A stretch of 64,000 bases of DNA from Candidatus Bathycorpusculum termitum (GCA_031254875.1 JAIRTW010000002.1:7899-71898), one strand, 5' to 3'. Numbered from the stretch's first letter, positions 20,356-30,496 are shown. Translations and numbers: made by a program. The notes: generated by a model from the sequence alone, not told the origin.

Positions 20356-20437
20356 TGGCTTCAGAAAAGTTTGCCCAAAAGGTATATTTGAGGCGTGACC
20401 ATCAAAGAGTTACCCAAAACAGAAGGTTAACAGTAAA

Positions 20438-20599
20438 ATGCCGATATTAGACCCAGTGAAGAAAACCATCGCGCAGAAGCATCGGCTCTACATGAAAATC
20501 TGTCGAGACTGCGGTGCCCGCAATGCAGAAACAGCACTCAAATGCAGAAAATGCAAGGGCAAAAACCTGCGTTGGAAGAAACGAGAAATCGTAAAGTAA
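20438..20599 (+). CDS. rpl40e: 50S ribosomal protein L40e (53 aa; below the ORF-track cutoff)
   Basis: Manual translation: MPILDPVKKTIAQKHRLYMKICRDCGARNAETALKCRKCKGKNLRWKKREIVK. Confidence 0.95.
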   Translation: MPILDPVKKTIAQKHRLYMKICRDCGARNAETALKCRKCKGKNLRWKKREIVK

Positions 20600-20673
20600 T
20601 AACGGTTTACTTTTCTTTTATGCTTTTATTCATTTTTTTGTTCTATAGTTGATACCCATTGGGTTGTTTGGGG

Positions 20674-21903
20674 TTATATTGTGTTAAAATCTGCAAAAGT
20701 TTCAGGGTTATTTTCCACAGATGAGGGTTCAGGTTCATTGGCTACAGGAGGCAGTTGGGGATTTTTGTGTCTGAACTTGACAAACGTCACAAGCATAACC
20801 GTCAGCGCTGCCGTTGCAGAGATAATTACCGCAATGAAGTAGAGAGGGAGAACAACTATGCTACGGGGGTTGCTGGATGCTCCGTTGTATTGTTTGTTGC
20901 CTGTCCAGCTTACTTTTAGTTCGATTGGGCCCACAGCGGGGGGTGTCCAGTTATAGCTGAATTTGCCGTCTTGCTGGGTTTGTGCGGTGGCGATTGTTAC
21001 CCAGCCGCCACTGTTAGTCTGTGCCGTGATAGTGACATTTTCGTCTGCGACTATTGGCAGAATCTGTCCGCTTATTGCTATCTCTGTGTTCTCCATCATA
21101 AATGAAGAGGAAAGCTGTAGGGTAAGTGCACTGGAATCAAGTTCTCGAATAGATGCAGATACTTGTCCTATGGAGGTCTGCTCCAGGCCTTCAAGCGGTA
21201 TTACTTGGGCAGTGACGTTTTGGTAATTTGTGGGACATTCGCCGACGCGCCAGCTACTCCTCCACATGCTACCTGTGCACTCCGCAATATAGTAAGAAAC
21301 ATTTTGGTAGGTAACACAAAATACTTCGTTTCGTGCATCAATGGGTGGACGGCCCAAGTCCACTCCGATTTCCACATGGGCCAACTCGTCGTAGAATAGC
21401 AGAATCGTAGAGATACCACCTGCTTCTAGAATCGAAGCGGCGATGTAGGCAAAGAGGTCACAGTCACCTTTTCCCACCACCAATGTTTCCACGGGATACC
21501 TGCTTGGGATTGTTTCTTCATAGACAATTTGATGGACAAGCATCAAGACACCGTTGGTAAAGTCTTCAGTGCTGTTGTATAGTTGCCAAAGCGTATCAGC
21601 GACTGGTTTAAACACATATGGCGTGACAAATTTAGAAAAGTCGTTACTTGAGAACACATAGTGATTTCTCATCACGTAGTACCAGTAGAGACTTTGAGAT
21701 ATGGTTAGATCGAGTTCGTAGGTTTTATCACCGTCAGGATGGTTAAGTAGCAAAAAAGACATTGTGTAATCCTGCGCAGTCTGCCCCTGGATACTGTCAG
21801 GGGATAACAGTGATAAAATAGCCGCCGAAACCGCCAGCAGACATACCAGTCTAAGTACTATTTTCTTCATTGGAATGCCCCGTATTCTTTTTTTAGTGAG
21901 CAC
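20674..21903 (-). CDS. Secreted, membrane-anchored transglutaminase-like protein with an Ig-like domain
   Basis: Signal peptide; RYPVETL...GDCD (Cys), AHVEIG (His), IAECT; C-terminal TM helix. Paralog of 63275..64000. Confidence 0.75.
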   Translation of the reverse strand: MLTKKRIRGIPMKKIVLRLVCLLAVSAAILSLLSPDSIQGQTAQDYTMSFLLLNHPDGDKTYELDLTISQSLYWYYVMRNHYVFSSNDFSKFVTPYVFKPVADTLWQLYNSTEDFTNGVLMLVHQIVYEETIPSRYPVETLVVGKGDCDLFAYIAASILEAGGISTILLFYDELAHVEIGVDLGRPPIDARNEVFCVTYQNVSYYIAECTGSMWRSSWRVGECPTNYQNVTAQVIPLEGLEQTSIGQVSASIRELDSSALTLQLSSSFMMENTEIAISGQILPIVADENVTITAQTNSGGWVTIATAQTQQDGKFSYNWTPPAVGPIELKVSWTGNKQYNGASSNPRSIVVLPLYFIAVIISATAALTVMLVTFVKFRHKNPQLPPVANEPEPSSVENNPETFADFNTI

Positions 21904-21951
21904 AATTGTTTAAATGGTTATTCCCAAATCTGCCGGCCAGCTAATTGCGGA

Positions 21952-22770
21952 TTATCTCGCTGTTTTCTCGATCAAGCGGGTCAGATGCTCTATTGCTCTT
22001 TGAAGCATCTCATCAGGTTTCTGCTTTTGTGCAGCTATTAGGGTTAAGTGGAGTTCTATGCGAGGTATATTGTCTGAGTGTAACGGCAAAGGATGAGATT
22101 TCACATACACCCCCGCATTATCACTCATCACCCTATCGATTAAGGGCGCCAACTGGGCTTCAGCAACACCCTCCACAAAAAGGCTACGCTCGCAAAAAAC
22201 GCAGGAACCGACCGCATATCTGAGAAGCGGCGCTATGGTTTGAGTAAAAATCGCCATCATTTCCATGGGGACCCCGGGCAGGGCAAACATGACTGAGGTG
22301 CCGATTTGGGCCTTTAGGGCAGGCGCAGTGCCGATAGAATTGATTATGGGCAGAGTATTCTCGGGAAAAACCGCCATCTTTATCCTTGGAAGGGTCATCT
22401 CCACCGCTTCGGTGAGCCCACTTCTTTTGGCATATTCATTGCATCTTGCCTTTACCATCTCAAGTGCCTCGAGGTTCACTTTGAGCGGCTGGTTTAGGGC
22501 TTTGGCGATACCTTGGAAGGTTTTATCATCAAATGTGGGGCCTAATCCGCCGGTGGTAACTATAAAGTGGGGTTTACGTGCTGATGCTTCATGGATACAA
22601 GCGGCGATTTCCTCAACTATATCTTGAATGACAGTAACCCTCCGTACATTAGCACCTAAAACGGTAGCCTGCACTGCTAGCCAGTGCGCATTGGTGTTTT
22701 CTACTTTGCCGATAAGCAACTCATTGCCTATACAGATAAACTCGATATCAACGGTCACAGCAACACCCAA
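21952..22770 (-). CDS. CinA N-terminal/molybdopterin-binding domain protein
   Basis: IGNELLIGK..NTNA, TTGGLGPTFDDKT, GTAP, LPGVP.EM; no PncC domain. Confidence 0.85.
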   Translation of the reverse strand: MGVAVTVDIEFICIGNELLIGKVENTNAHWLAVQATVLGANVRRVTVIQDIVEEIAACIHEASARKPHFIVTTGGLGPTFDDKTFQGIAKALNQPLKVNLEALEMVKARCNEYAKRSGLTEAVEMTLPRIKMAVFPENTLPIINSIGTAPALKAQIGTSVMFALPGVPMEMMAIFTQTIAPLLRYAVGSCVFCERSLFVEGVAEAQLAPLIDRVMSDNAGVYVKSHPLPLHSDNIPRIELHLTLIAAQKQKPDEMLQRAIEHLTRLIEKTAR

Positions 22771-23023
22771 ATGAAGTAGTTACATAGAGGGATTTAATTG
22801 CTTGTGATGCGTTGGCTGAATCTTAGGATAATTGGCTTGAATAATTAATGCAGTTTGGCGCTGGAGTGCTTTTTGGATCGGCGGTTCGCCTAAAGTTAGT
22901 CACAAAACCCAGAAACACAAATGAAAGAATGTAAAAATAAAAATATTCAACCTTGGATAGCCAAGAAAGCGATGCATAGTCAATACTAAGATAACGTGTG
23001 GACACCGCCTTTTGGGGCGGATT

Positions 23024-23230
23024 TTACTTTTTACTAAGATACCATTTGAGGTATTCTTTGCGGCGGGCTTGCTTGACTTCTTCGTCAGTTTCGTAATCGG
23101 GACGATTCTTATCATGGAGGTCGTTTAGTTCCTGTCCAGTACAGGATAAACCGCAACTCTTGCAGACGTAGTGCTTAGTCAAAGAGATGTAGTGCATTTC
23201 TCCGCCGCATTCAGGACAATAATTAACCAT
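23024..23230 (-). CDS. Small zinc-ribbon protein
   Basis: CPECGG...YVCKSCG; charged C-terminus ending in WYL. Confidence 0.7.
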   Translation of the reverse strand: MVNYCPECGGEMHYISLTKHYVCKSCGLSCTGQELNDLHDKNRPDYETDEEVKQARRKEYLKWYLSKK

Positions 23231-23328
23231 TTTCTTTAGCCCTTTTTCGGTTTGTACTAATCATTCATGCGGAAAATATTAGTCTTCGCATACAGCATAG
23301 AGGTTTTGCCCTAAAAACTAAAAAAGGG

Positions 23329-24381
23329 TTAGACGTGACTGTACATTTTGTCGCTACTGTACTGCCCCGTATCCATCTCCTGCTCGATTTCGCGAAGCAG
23401 AAGGATACGTTTGAACGTTGCGGGGTGCGTTGAAAAGAGACCACTCATCTGTGCCGAGGCTGACTGGGCTTCTTTTTCCATCGCCAACGCTAATTCCCGT
23501 TCATCCAATACACCGTCATTGTTGAGATCATATTCGCTTTTTTTGCTCATTATGCGCGAGATTTCCTGTTTTGCCATACTGGGGTCCTCGATGTAGAAGG
23601 CACGGGCACTTTCGGTCGATTTTGGCGGCTCAAGGGATAAACCGTAGGTGATTTTTGATAGAGCACTCTGTAGATTCCGCGGTGACCCCGTCAAATACGC
23701 AGAGAAGGCATCGGCATAGTGTTCCCGCAACCGGCTTAGCCGCATAACTATAAGGAAAGTAAGTATGTAGATGATAAACGAGATAACGCCTATCACCAGT
23801 AAAATAGCACCAGAGTTGTCCTTGCTGTTTCTGCGTCGCCCTCCACCACTGAGCATGCCCGTAAACAGTGTCACCTGTGCAATATAATATGCAATTAGGG
23901 GCAAGGCCGAAAGGATAGTCATAACGATATAGTCTTTGTGTCTGATATGCCCCAGTTCGTGCGCTATGACACCCCGAATTTCCCCCTCGTTTAGTTGCTT
24001 TAGCAGTCCCTCGTGAACAGCTAGGGTAGCACCTGCGGTACTTCTGCCAAAGGTAAAAGCATTAGGTGTGTTACTGGGTACTGTTGCCAGCTTGGGCATC
24101 GGTATTCCTGTTTTATCAGCTAATTCTTTGACTATTTTTTCCAGCCACGGGTTTTCACCGGGTTTTAGGTAATGCAGTCGTGTGGTTGCAACGACAACTG
24201 TGGGACCGATTGCATACTGAAACAGAATGAAAAGCGCAGACCCACCTATGGCAATAAACAGCCCCAGAAACAAATCGAGTTCCAAGAAGAAAATGATAAC
24301 AACCAGTAGAAGACCAAAGATGAAAGCGGATAGGAAGATGGATGTTGCCATTGCAAACTTTAGTTGCGACAGATTAGCCAA
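23329..24381 (-). CDS. htpX: M48 zinc metalloprotease HtpX with an EF-hand-like insert
   Basis: Two N-terminal TM helices, PNAFTFG, HELGH, REHYAD, STHP; DLNNDGVLDERE loop. Confidence 0.92.
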   Translation of the reverse strand: MANLSQLKFAMATSIFLSAFIFGLLLVVIIFFLELDLFLGLFIAIGGSALFILFQYAIGPTVVVATTRLHYLKPGENPWLEKIVKELADKTGIPMPKLATVPSNTPNAFTFGRSTAGATLAVHEGLLKQLNEGEIRGVIAHELGHIRHKDYIVMTILSALPLIAYYIAQVTLFTGMLSGGGRRRNSKDNSGAILLVIGVISFIIYILTFLIVMRLSRLREHYADAFSAYLTGSPRNLQSALSKITYGLSLEPPKSTESARAFYIEDPSMAKQEISRIMSKKSEYDLNNDGVLDERELALAMEKEAQSASAQMSGLFSTHPATFKRILLLREIEQEMDTGQYSSDKMYSHV

Positions 24382-24479
24382 AGAGACTCTCCTCTAGATA
24401 TGTTTGAAAGTGACAGACTAATGAATAAGTCTTTCCCAAAAAGTAAGATAAGAAATGTTTCCAAAAAAGAAGAAAGAAA

Positions 24480-25463
24480 TTAGATAGGATAAGCTCCGCA
24501 GATTTTGCAGAACTGAATTTTAGTTTTGATGTGCCCGTGACATTTGGGGCATTCGACTGCGCCTTCGACTTTGGGAAATACGTTTTTGGGTTTGCCGAAT
24601 TTCTTGCGGAAAACTTCATAGTAGAGCAGTTGTTCTTGGTCTTGGATTTCTACGTCGTCTTCGGCTTTTATGGCGGCTTTCCTTTCATTGAATTCTGTGT
24701 CTTCGATGAGGTCGTTGAAGTAGGTGCGTAGTGCTTCGGTTCCGGTTCCTTGTTCGAGCGGTGCTTTGGGTCTCCAGATGATGTCTTGGGGGAGAACGTC
24801 TTCGTAGGCTTTACGTAGGATCCATTTACTGTATTTTATACCGTTGGTGAAATTAATTTTATATTTAATTGGGAGCTTCATTGCCCAATCCATGAATTCT
24901 GGATCACGGTATGGTGCTTTGATTTCCATGCCAAGGGATGCAGCCATTGGGAAAGAGGCGAAACCCATTTCAGCCCACATTTCCTGCTGTTTAATTATAA
25001 ATTGCTCTTCTGTTAGGTGGAACTGCCAAGGGTATCCGAATAATTCGTCTAAGGCATCGCCGGTGTAGACAGTTTTGATACCTTGGGATTTTAGTATTGT
25101 TAAGCCGATGTAGAGTGGAAGGCTGTTTCTGATCTCCATAGGGTCGTATTTTTTGAGTGCTTCGACCGCTTGGGGGTAGAATTTGTAGACGTCTTCTTTG
25201 CCGAACTGATAGGTTTCTTGGTTAAGGTGGAGGAGTTCAACCATTTTTTTGACGTATTCAGCGTCTTTGGGTTGACCATGTTTGAAGGCTAGGGTGATGC
25301 ATGGGATATCGGGTTTGTATTTGATTGCTTCGTAGGCGATGATTTGGGTGTCTGTCCCGGCGGAGAAGAGAAAACCGTCTGCGAGATTTTTCTTGACTAC
25401 TTTGTTTACGAGGGTTTTGATTTCCGGCAGGAGCTTGTTAACTTCAGATTCATTGAAGCTCAT
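24480..25463 (-). CDS. Asparagine-synthase C-terminal-domain-only protein with a C-terminal Zn ribbon
   Basis: LFSAGTDT PP-loop variant, GDALDELFG, KWILRKA, WRPK; CPKC...CKIC; no glutaminase domain. Confidence 0.8.
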   Translation of the reverse strand: MSFNESEVNKLLPEIKTLVNKVVKKNLADGFLFSAGTDTQIIAYEAIKYKPDIPCITLAFKHGQPKDAEYVKKMVELLHLNQETYQFGKEDVYKFYPQAVEALKKYDPMEIRNSLPLYIGLTILKSQGIKTVYTGDALDELFGYPWQFHLTEEQFIIKQQEMWAEMGFASFPMAASLGMEIKAPYRDPEFMDWAMKLPIKYKINFTNGIKYSKWILRKAYEDVLPQDIIWRPKAPLEQGTGTEALRTYFNDLIEDTEFNERKAAIKAEDDVEIQDQEQLLYYEVFRKKFGKPKNVFPKVEGAVECPKCHGHIKTKIQFCKICGAYPI

Positions 25464-25716
25464 CTTTTTATCACTCGATGTGGTAGGATTTGTCAGTTGT
25501 CGTGCATATAAAGTTAACTGGTGCGTATAAAAGGCGTTAAAATATAAATATTTGTGCAGAAAATTATGTTAAATGCAAATGAATGTGATGTCTTACGAAT
25601 AATCACCCTCCAAACCACCTCAAAACACAGCAAACAAGCAACCACCCAAACAGAAACTATCAGCAGTAAACTTAAAAACCAGCAACCAGCAGTACACAGT
25701 ACATGAGGTTTAGGCA

Positions 25717-26472
25717 TTGAAAGTCAGCATACTCCACATGAAAATCCGCAACAGCCTCCAAGATAATCTAACAGCCGCCAAAACAGCAGTCCTAAAAGCC
25801 GCTAAAGATAACCCTGCTCTTATCGCATTGCCTGAATACTTTACTGTTCCCTGTTGCATGGCACACTTCGCCGACGCCCCAAAAATCAGCAAAGAAACCT
25901 GCAACGCAACCCTTAACCTCCTCCAAAAAGTATCCGCAGAAATCGGCGGCATCTACCTTCTAGGCGGCTCTGTTCTACAAGAAGACGACGGTAGATACTA
26001 TAACACCAGCACACTTTGGCAAAACGGCACAATCCTGGCTAAGTACAAAAAAATCAACCCCATACAGATTGAAATTGATGCTGGCGTATCCCGAGGCAAC
26101 GCCCCTATGGTTATAGATACCGAGTTGGGCAAATTGGGTATGATTGTCTGCGCAGACAGCTTTGACCCGGATCTTGTCAAAAAAGTAGCAGCAGGGTTAG
26201 GTGCAGAAATTGTTACACTGCCAGTAGCGGCCATGGGTGCTCACCCCGTCGTCAAAGGCCATCCTCTCACTGAGGGCATTGCCCGGGACTACGGTGTGTT
26301 TATCCTCAAAGTGGGCAATGTCAGCTCTAATATGCGAGGCGGCAGAAGCGCCATTATCGCGCCATGGGGTGTGCTGGGAGAAGTTACAGATGCTCCGGAG
26401 GATAGCATATTGACAGCTGATTTAGATATGGAGCGGCTAAAAGACTACCGCCTCAAATTTAAACAAGTCTGA
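25717..26472 (+). CDS. Nitrilase-superfamily carbon-nitrogen hydrolase
   Basis: E-K-C triad: LPEY, KYKK, IVCAD; GRSAIIAPWG. Confidence 0.9.
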   Translation: MKVSILHMKIRNSLQDNLTAAKTAVLKAAKDNPALIALPEYFTVPCCMAHFADAPKISKETCNATLNLLQKVSAEIGGIYLLGGSVLQEDDGRYYNTSTLWQNGTILAKYKKINPIQIEIDAGVSRGNAPMVIDTELGKLGMIVCADSFDPDLVKKVAAGLGAEIVTLPVAAMGAHPVVKGHPLTEGIARDYGVFILKVGNVSSNMRGGRSAIIAPWGVLGEVTDAPEDSILTADLDMERLKDYRLKFKQV

Positions 26473-26552
26473 TTGTAAATTCTATCGTTTTGGACACTAA
26501 AGAATTTGATTTTTGATGAGAGCTACAGTGGTTATAGTTATAGGCTTGTAGA

Positions 26553-27437
26553 TTAGTAGATTTTTGCCCAGTTATCCACTATCTTTTGCATCTTGGTGAA
26601 TTCATAGCTGGCTAGCCATTCACGGAAAGTGTTGTTGTGAACGGCAAACCTTGCGATTTGGCGAGCGTTTTCAGAATCATGGACCAACAGCAGGGTTGCT
26701 GTAAGATTGTGACGGGAAAGGTAGGCAACCGTTTTTAGGAGAGCTTCGAGTTTTTCGTCGGTTGGCATCTCTGCGCTGAGTTCCACTACAACGGGTTTTT
26801 TGAGTGTCGCAACAAAGTCCCGTACAATTGTATCAACCCAGTAGTTGGTAAAATAATCTCGTGATGAGAGAGGCACATGAAAGTAATCTACCAACCCGGC
26901 AATGGCATCAAAATCTATGCCGAAGCGCTCTTTAGCCAGCACGGGATCGGGGAACATTTCCACAGCGAAAGTGCCTTTGGTATGAATTTTAGCTTCTGTC
27001 AGAAAATTGGTGATAGTTTGGGCACGCCACGCGGTCCAGTCTAAACCGCTTTTTTGGTGTTGCTCGGTGCATCTTGGGCAGGTACAGAAATCCTGATCGG
27101 CAAAATGATAGAGGTTAAGAGTTATGCCGGTTATGTTTTGTTCGGATAGGTTGTCAAGGTACTCATAGACTTTAGCCCGGTAGTCGAGATGGGTTGGACA
27201 TATGTAGTCAAAGGGCAGGTTATTTCTTCTGTTGCGCCTCAACGCCGGCCCATATTTAGAGGTCTGGATGATTGATGGATCATCACGGATGGCTTTAGCA
27301 TCACAGAAAACGGTGACATCATTTTGCATCCCCTCAGCCGCTGGAAAAGCCTGCCCGTCAGCCCATTTAGAATAGTAAACATGAAGATCATAGCCTTCAA
27401 CATGTTCAGGTTTGTATGTAACTAGCCCTATCTGCAT
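26553..27437 (-). CDS. Uncharacterised TIM-barrel protein (DUF187/GHL10-like) with C...CxCxxC motif, paralog A
   Basis: DYICPT, HFADQDFCTCPRC, WRAQTITNFL, RFGIDFDAIAGLVDYFHVP; paralog of 29247..30149. Confidence 0.65.
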   Translation of the reverse strand: MQIGLVTYKPEHVEGYDLHVYYSKWADGQAFPAAEGMQNDVTVFCDAKAIRDDPSIIQTSKYGPALRRNRRNNLPFDYICPTHLDYRAKVYEYLDNLSEQNITGITLNLYHFADQDFCTCPRCTEQHQKSGLDWTAWRAQTITNFLTEAKIHTKGTFAVEMFPDPVLAKERFGIDFDAIAGLVDYFHVPLSSRDYFTNYWVDTIVRDFVATLKKPVVVELSAEMPTDEKLEALLKTVAYLSRHNLTATLLLVHDSENARQIARFAVHNNTFREWLASYEFTKMQKIVDNWAKIY

Positions 27438-27483
27438 GCCCTAACACCTGCTCACAACAAATATATTCTTGGCGCTTATTTAA

Positions 27484-27714
27484 TTGTTGATCCATATGAA
27501 CAAGCAGACATCACCTCTAACAATCGACCTAACAAAATGTACACCTTGTACGGGGCAGATCTGCATAGGCGTCTGCCCACAGGGCGCATTGGAAGAGAGT
27601 AAAAGCCGCAAACCACAAATTATCGCAGTAGTACAGTGTACAGGATGCGGGGTCTGCGTAAATTTGTGCCCAAACAAAGCCATCACCTTAAATTCAACCA
27701 AACCCCAAGGGTAA
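27484..27714 (+). CDS. Small 4Fe-4S dicluster ferredoxin
   Basis: CTPCTGQICIGVCP and CTGCGVCVNLCP. Confidence 0.88.
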   Translation: MLIHMNKQTSPLTIDLTKCTPCTGQICIGVCPQGALEESKSRKPQIIAVVQCTGCGVCVNLCPNKAITLNSTKPQG

Positions 27715-27723
27715 CCAAGGGAA

Positions 27724-28752
27724 TTGGCTAATTTGGAAGAGTTCCACATAGCTGAGGACACCAAACTTATCATCAAAGAAAACGTGCTAGCCGTAATTTG
27801 TGATAATACCCTAAAGACTGTTAGCTCCGCCATTTTTAATGGCGGAAGCAGGCAGGTTAAGGCCGTCCTCAATGTAGGGGTACCGGAAGGCTACAGTGAT
27901 ATTTCTCTGCATCTTGAACCGTTACAACTTATAACTTCTTTAGCGGCAAACATGGGTATTACACAAGATTATCTTGCGATGATTACAGCCGCTAAAATCA
28001 AAAACTATAGTCTTATCTCCAAAAAAACAGACACCTATGCGGTCTATGTTGCCGCCACAGCGGGTTGCTCACATGGCGAATCCAGCGGTGAGAACATGAC
28101 CGTAGAAGAAATCGCCGGAACCATAAACATCATCGTCTTCATCGATGGCAACCCAACCGAGAGCTGCATGGTCGCGGCCCTTATAACCGCAACCGAAGCC
28201 AAATCCGCAGCCCTCCGCGACTTTGATGTACGTAGCCGCTACACCGGCGACTCCGCTACAGGCTCCATAACTGACGCCGTTACCATCGCCTCAACAGGCA
28301 AAGGCAAAGAGATCTTTTTGGGTGGGCCTGCATCAAAGTTGGGTAAGCTCGTCGGCTACTGTGCCAGAAAAGCTGTCACCGAGGCACTATTGAAGCAAGA
28401 GCCGGTTTGGGCAAGCCGAAGCGTGTTTGATAGATTAAAGGAGCGACATCTCCCCATTGAGAAACTGGCCACTGAAGTATCCAAATTAGATGACTTAGCT
28501 ATAACAGCTGAAGAATTAACAGAGATTCTAAGACACAATCCCCAAATGCTGGCTACACTTTTGGCGGCGGCAAAGATGGATGACGACTATAACAAAAACT
28601 TGTTACCCACCGATTTTAAGGACTGGAACATCGCAAGTCAATCCCCCAACGAAACAAACCAAAATACGCTAAACTATGTTACAGTTGACTTACCGCCCTT
28701 CATAAAAGCAGAGTTAATCAAAATCATCAAGACAGCCCACAACTCAAACTGA
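27724..28752 (+). CDS. cbiZ: Adenosylcobinamide amidohydrolase CbiZ with a C-terminal helical extension
   Basis: VSSAIFNGG, AMITAA, ATAG, GTINI, TATEAKS, ATGSITDAV, GPASKLG. Confidence 0.88.
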   Translation: MANLEEFHIAEDTKLIIKENVLAVICDNTLKTVSSAIFNGGSRQVKAVLNVGVPEGYSDISLHLEPLQLITSLAANMGITQDYLAMITAAKIKNYSLISKKTDTYAVYVAATAGCSHGESSGENMTVEEIAGTINIIVFIDGNPTESCMVAALITATEAKSAALRDFDVRSRYTGDSATGSITDAVTIASTGKGKEIFLGGPASKLGKLVGYCARKAVTEALLKQEPVWASRSVFDRLKERHLPIEKLATEVSKLDDLAITAEELTEILRHNPQMLATLLAAAKMDDDYNKNLLPTDFKDWNIASQSPNETNQNTLNYVTVDLPPFIKAELIKIIKTAHNSN

Positions 28753-29246
28753 ATTGAAATTCAGCCACATACATCAAATTTTCTGGAAAATTAGCTTCAC
28801 TTGACCTTGTAGATCGTAACACATTTGTTAACACTGTGCCACACCTCTTTGGTGCAGTATCTTGGAGTAGACAAAAATCAAACCTTGCGGCGTTTAATGG
28901 CGTTGACCGCTTGACAGAGTCAACGGAACCATCTCAAAAGGGTGGATAAAGGTTTACCAATGAAAAAACCCAAATAAAACTGAAAGACTACACACCATCA
29001 ATGATGATTTAGATACTTTCTGAACACTATTTTTAACCCTAGCGAATTTGATAGGTTTGTATGAAGACACTAAATGGGTTTATGCTTTTGTCTCAAAAAT
29101 GAGGTAACTCTACAGTGCAAACGATATTTCCGTAACGCTTGAGCTGGTGGTCTAATAACAGGGTAGCAGTGATGATGGGCCACAAACATAGTTACCCCTG
29201 TAATATAGGCGATTAAAATAAATAAACAGAAAAGAGAAGGGGAGGA

Positions 29247-30149
29247 TTATAGGTAGAGTTTTTCCCAGCGGGCAAACAGTTCCAAAACGTCGTCGCCGCC
29301 GTGGCCTTTTAGAAACTCGCGGGTTTCTTTATCTGCTGCGGCTTCTTTTTGGAACTTTTGGATATATTCCGCTTTCTCTGCTAGGAAGATAATGCCGTCT
29401 ACACCTTGTCGGGCGACGCGGGTAGCAACTGTCATGATCTGGTTGGTTGGTGCAACGGTGTCCCAGGTTTCGTCAGGTCCGCGGACATAAAAGTTGACGA
29501 AGACGGGTTTTTTAAGGACACTCTTGAAGCCCCTTGCGATGGTTTCCCAGTACCAAGGTGTTGGGTAGGATTTGCTAAACATGGGAATAACAAAATAGTC
29601 GGCGTATTGTGCCATGGCTTCAAAATCGTAGCCAAAGCGTATTTTGCCCAGCATTGGGTCAGGCAGGCAGTTGACAAAGAGGGGTTTGCCGGAAACGATT
29701 TCTTTGACTTCGGCGAGGAAGTCTGTGACTGTTTTTGCGCGCCATTCAACCCAGCTTAAACCGCTTTTGGCTTGTGCTGCGATGCATCTTGGGCATGTGC
29801 AAAAGCCTTGATCTGCGAAGTGTTGACTACTGATGCTTATGCCGGGGGTTTGCTTGGCAGATTCTTTGATGATTTTGAGATTGTATTCGCGGGCTTCAGG
29901 GTTAGTCATGCAGACAACGTCCCATCGGAGGTTAAAGCGTTTGTTTGTGCGCAACGCAGGGCCGAAACTACTAACAGATACCCAGTCAGGGCGCTGTCCT
30001 GCCATGTTGTTGTCGCCGAAAACCGCGATGTTTGTGTACATTTGGGGATTTACTTTACCGACAATTCCAGATTCAGATTTTTGACGGTAAAAGTTGTAGT
30101 CGACGCCTTCAACAGGCTCGGGTTGATAGAGAAACACGCCGAATTTCAA
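29247..30149 (-). CDS. Uncharacterised TIM-barrel protein (DUF187/GHL10-like) with C...CxCxxC motif, paralog B
   Basis: DVVCMTNPEAR, HFADQGFCTCPRC, WRAKTVTDFL, RFGYDF. TTG 30149 start chosen because it aligns with the N-terminus of paralog A. Confidence 0.65.
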   Translation of the reverse strand: MKFGVFLYQPEPVEGVDYNFYRQKSESGIVGKVNPQMYTNIAVFGDNNMAGQRPDWVSVSSFGPALRTNKRFNLRWDVVCMTNPEAREYNLKIIKESAKQTPGISISSQHFADQGFCTCPRCIAAQAKSGLSWVEWRAKTVTDFLAEVKEIVSGKPLFVNCLPDPMLGKIRFGYDFEAMAQYADYFVIPMFSKSYPTPWYWETIARGFKSVLKKPVFVNFYVRGPDETWDTVAPTNQIMTVATRVARQGVDGIIFLAEKAEYIQKFQKEAAADKETREFLKGHGGDDVLELFARWEKLYL

Positions 30150-30496
30150 GTCTAATACACCATTTTTACCAAAACATGACTTTACAACCTTATTAAGCCT
30201 TCGCAGAAACCGGCTTTTGGACAAAAATGTTAGTTTTCTTTGCTTAGGATTTTTTCATCTTCAGACGTTAGGGTAACCTCTTGGGTGCAGACCTCTGCAC
30301 CTCATTTAAAAAACTCAAAACCCGCTCCAAATCCACTTCCCGCACAATTATAACACTACAAGCAAGCTTCACATGCGCAAAATATCCGCCAACAACCCGC
30401 GCCGATGATACCTAGGTTCTAGCTAGTTCAGAGTGTCTTCTACGTAAACATTATATTTCGTTTAACCGTTTAACCACCTCTACAAGGGTAATAGAC

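Noticed and set aside
25514-25717. C/A-rich low-complexity stretch and a 67-aa hydrophobic minus-strand ORF
   Set aside because: The apparent hydrophobicity follows from T/G skew on that strand; there is no periodic repeat or other coding evidence.
29000-29040. ATGATGA...CTGA resembling a C/D box sRNA
   Set aside because: No C'/D pair follows and the putative guide is AT-rich and low-complexity.
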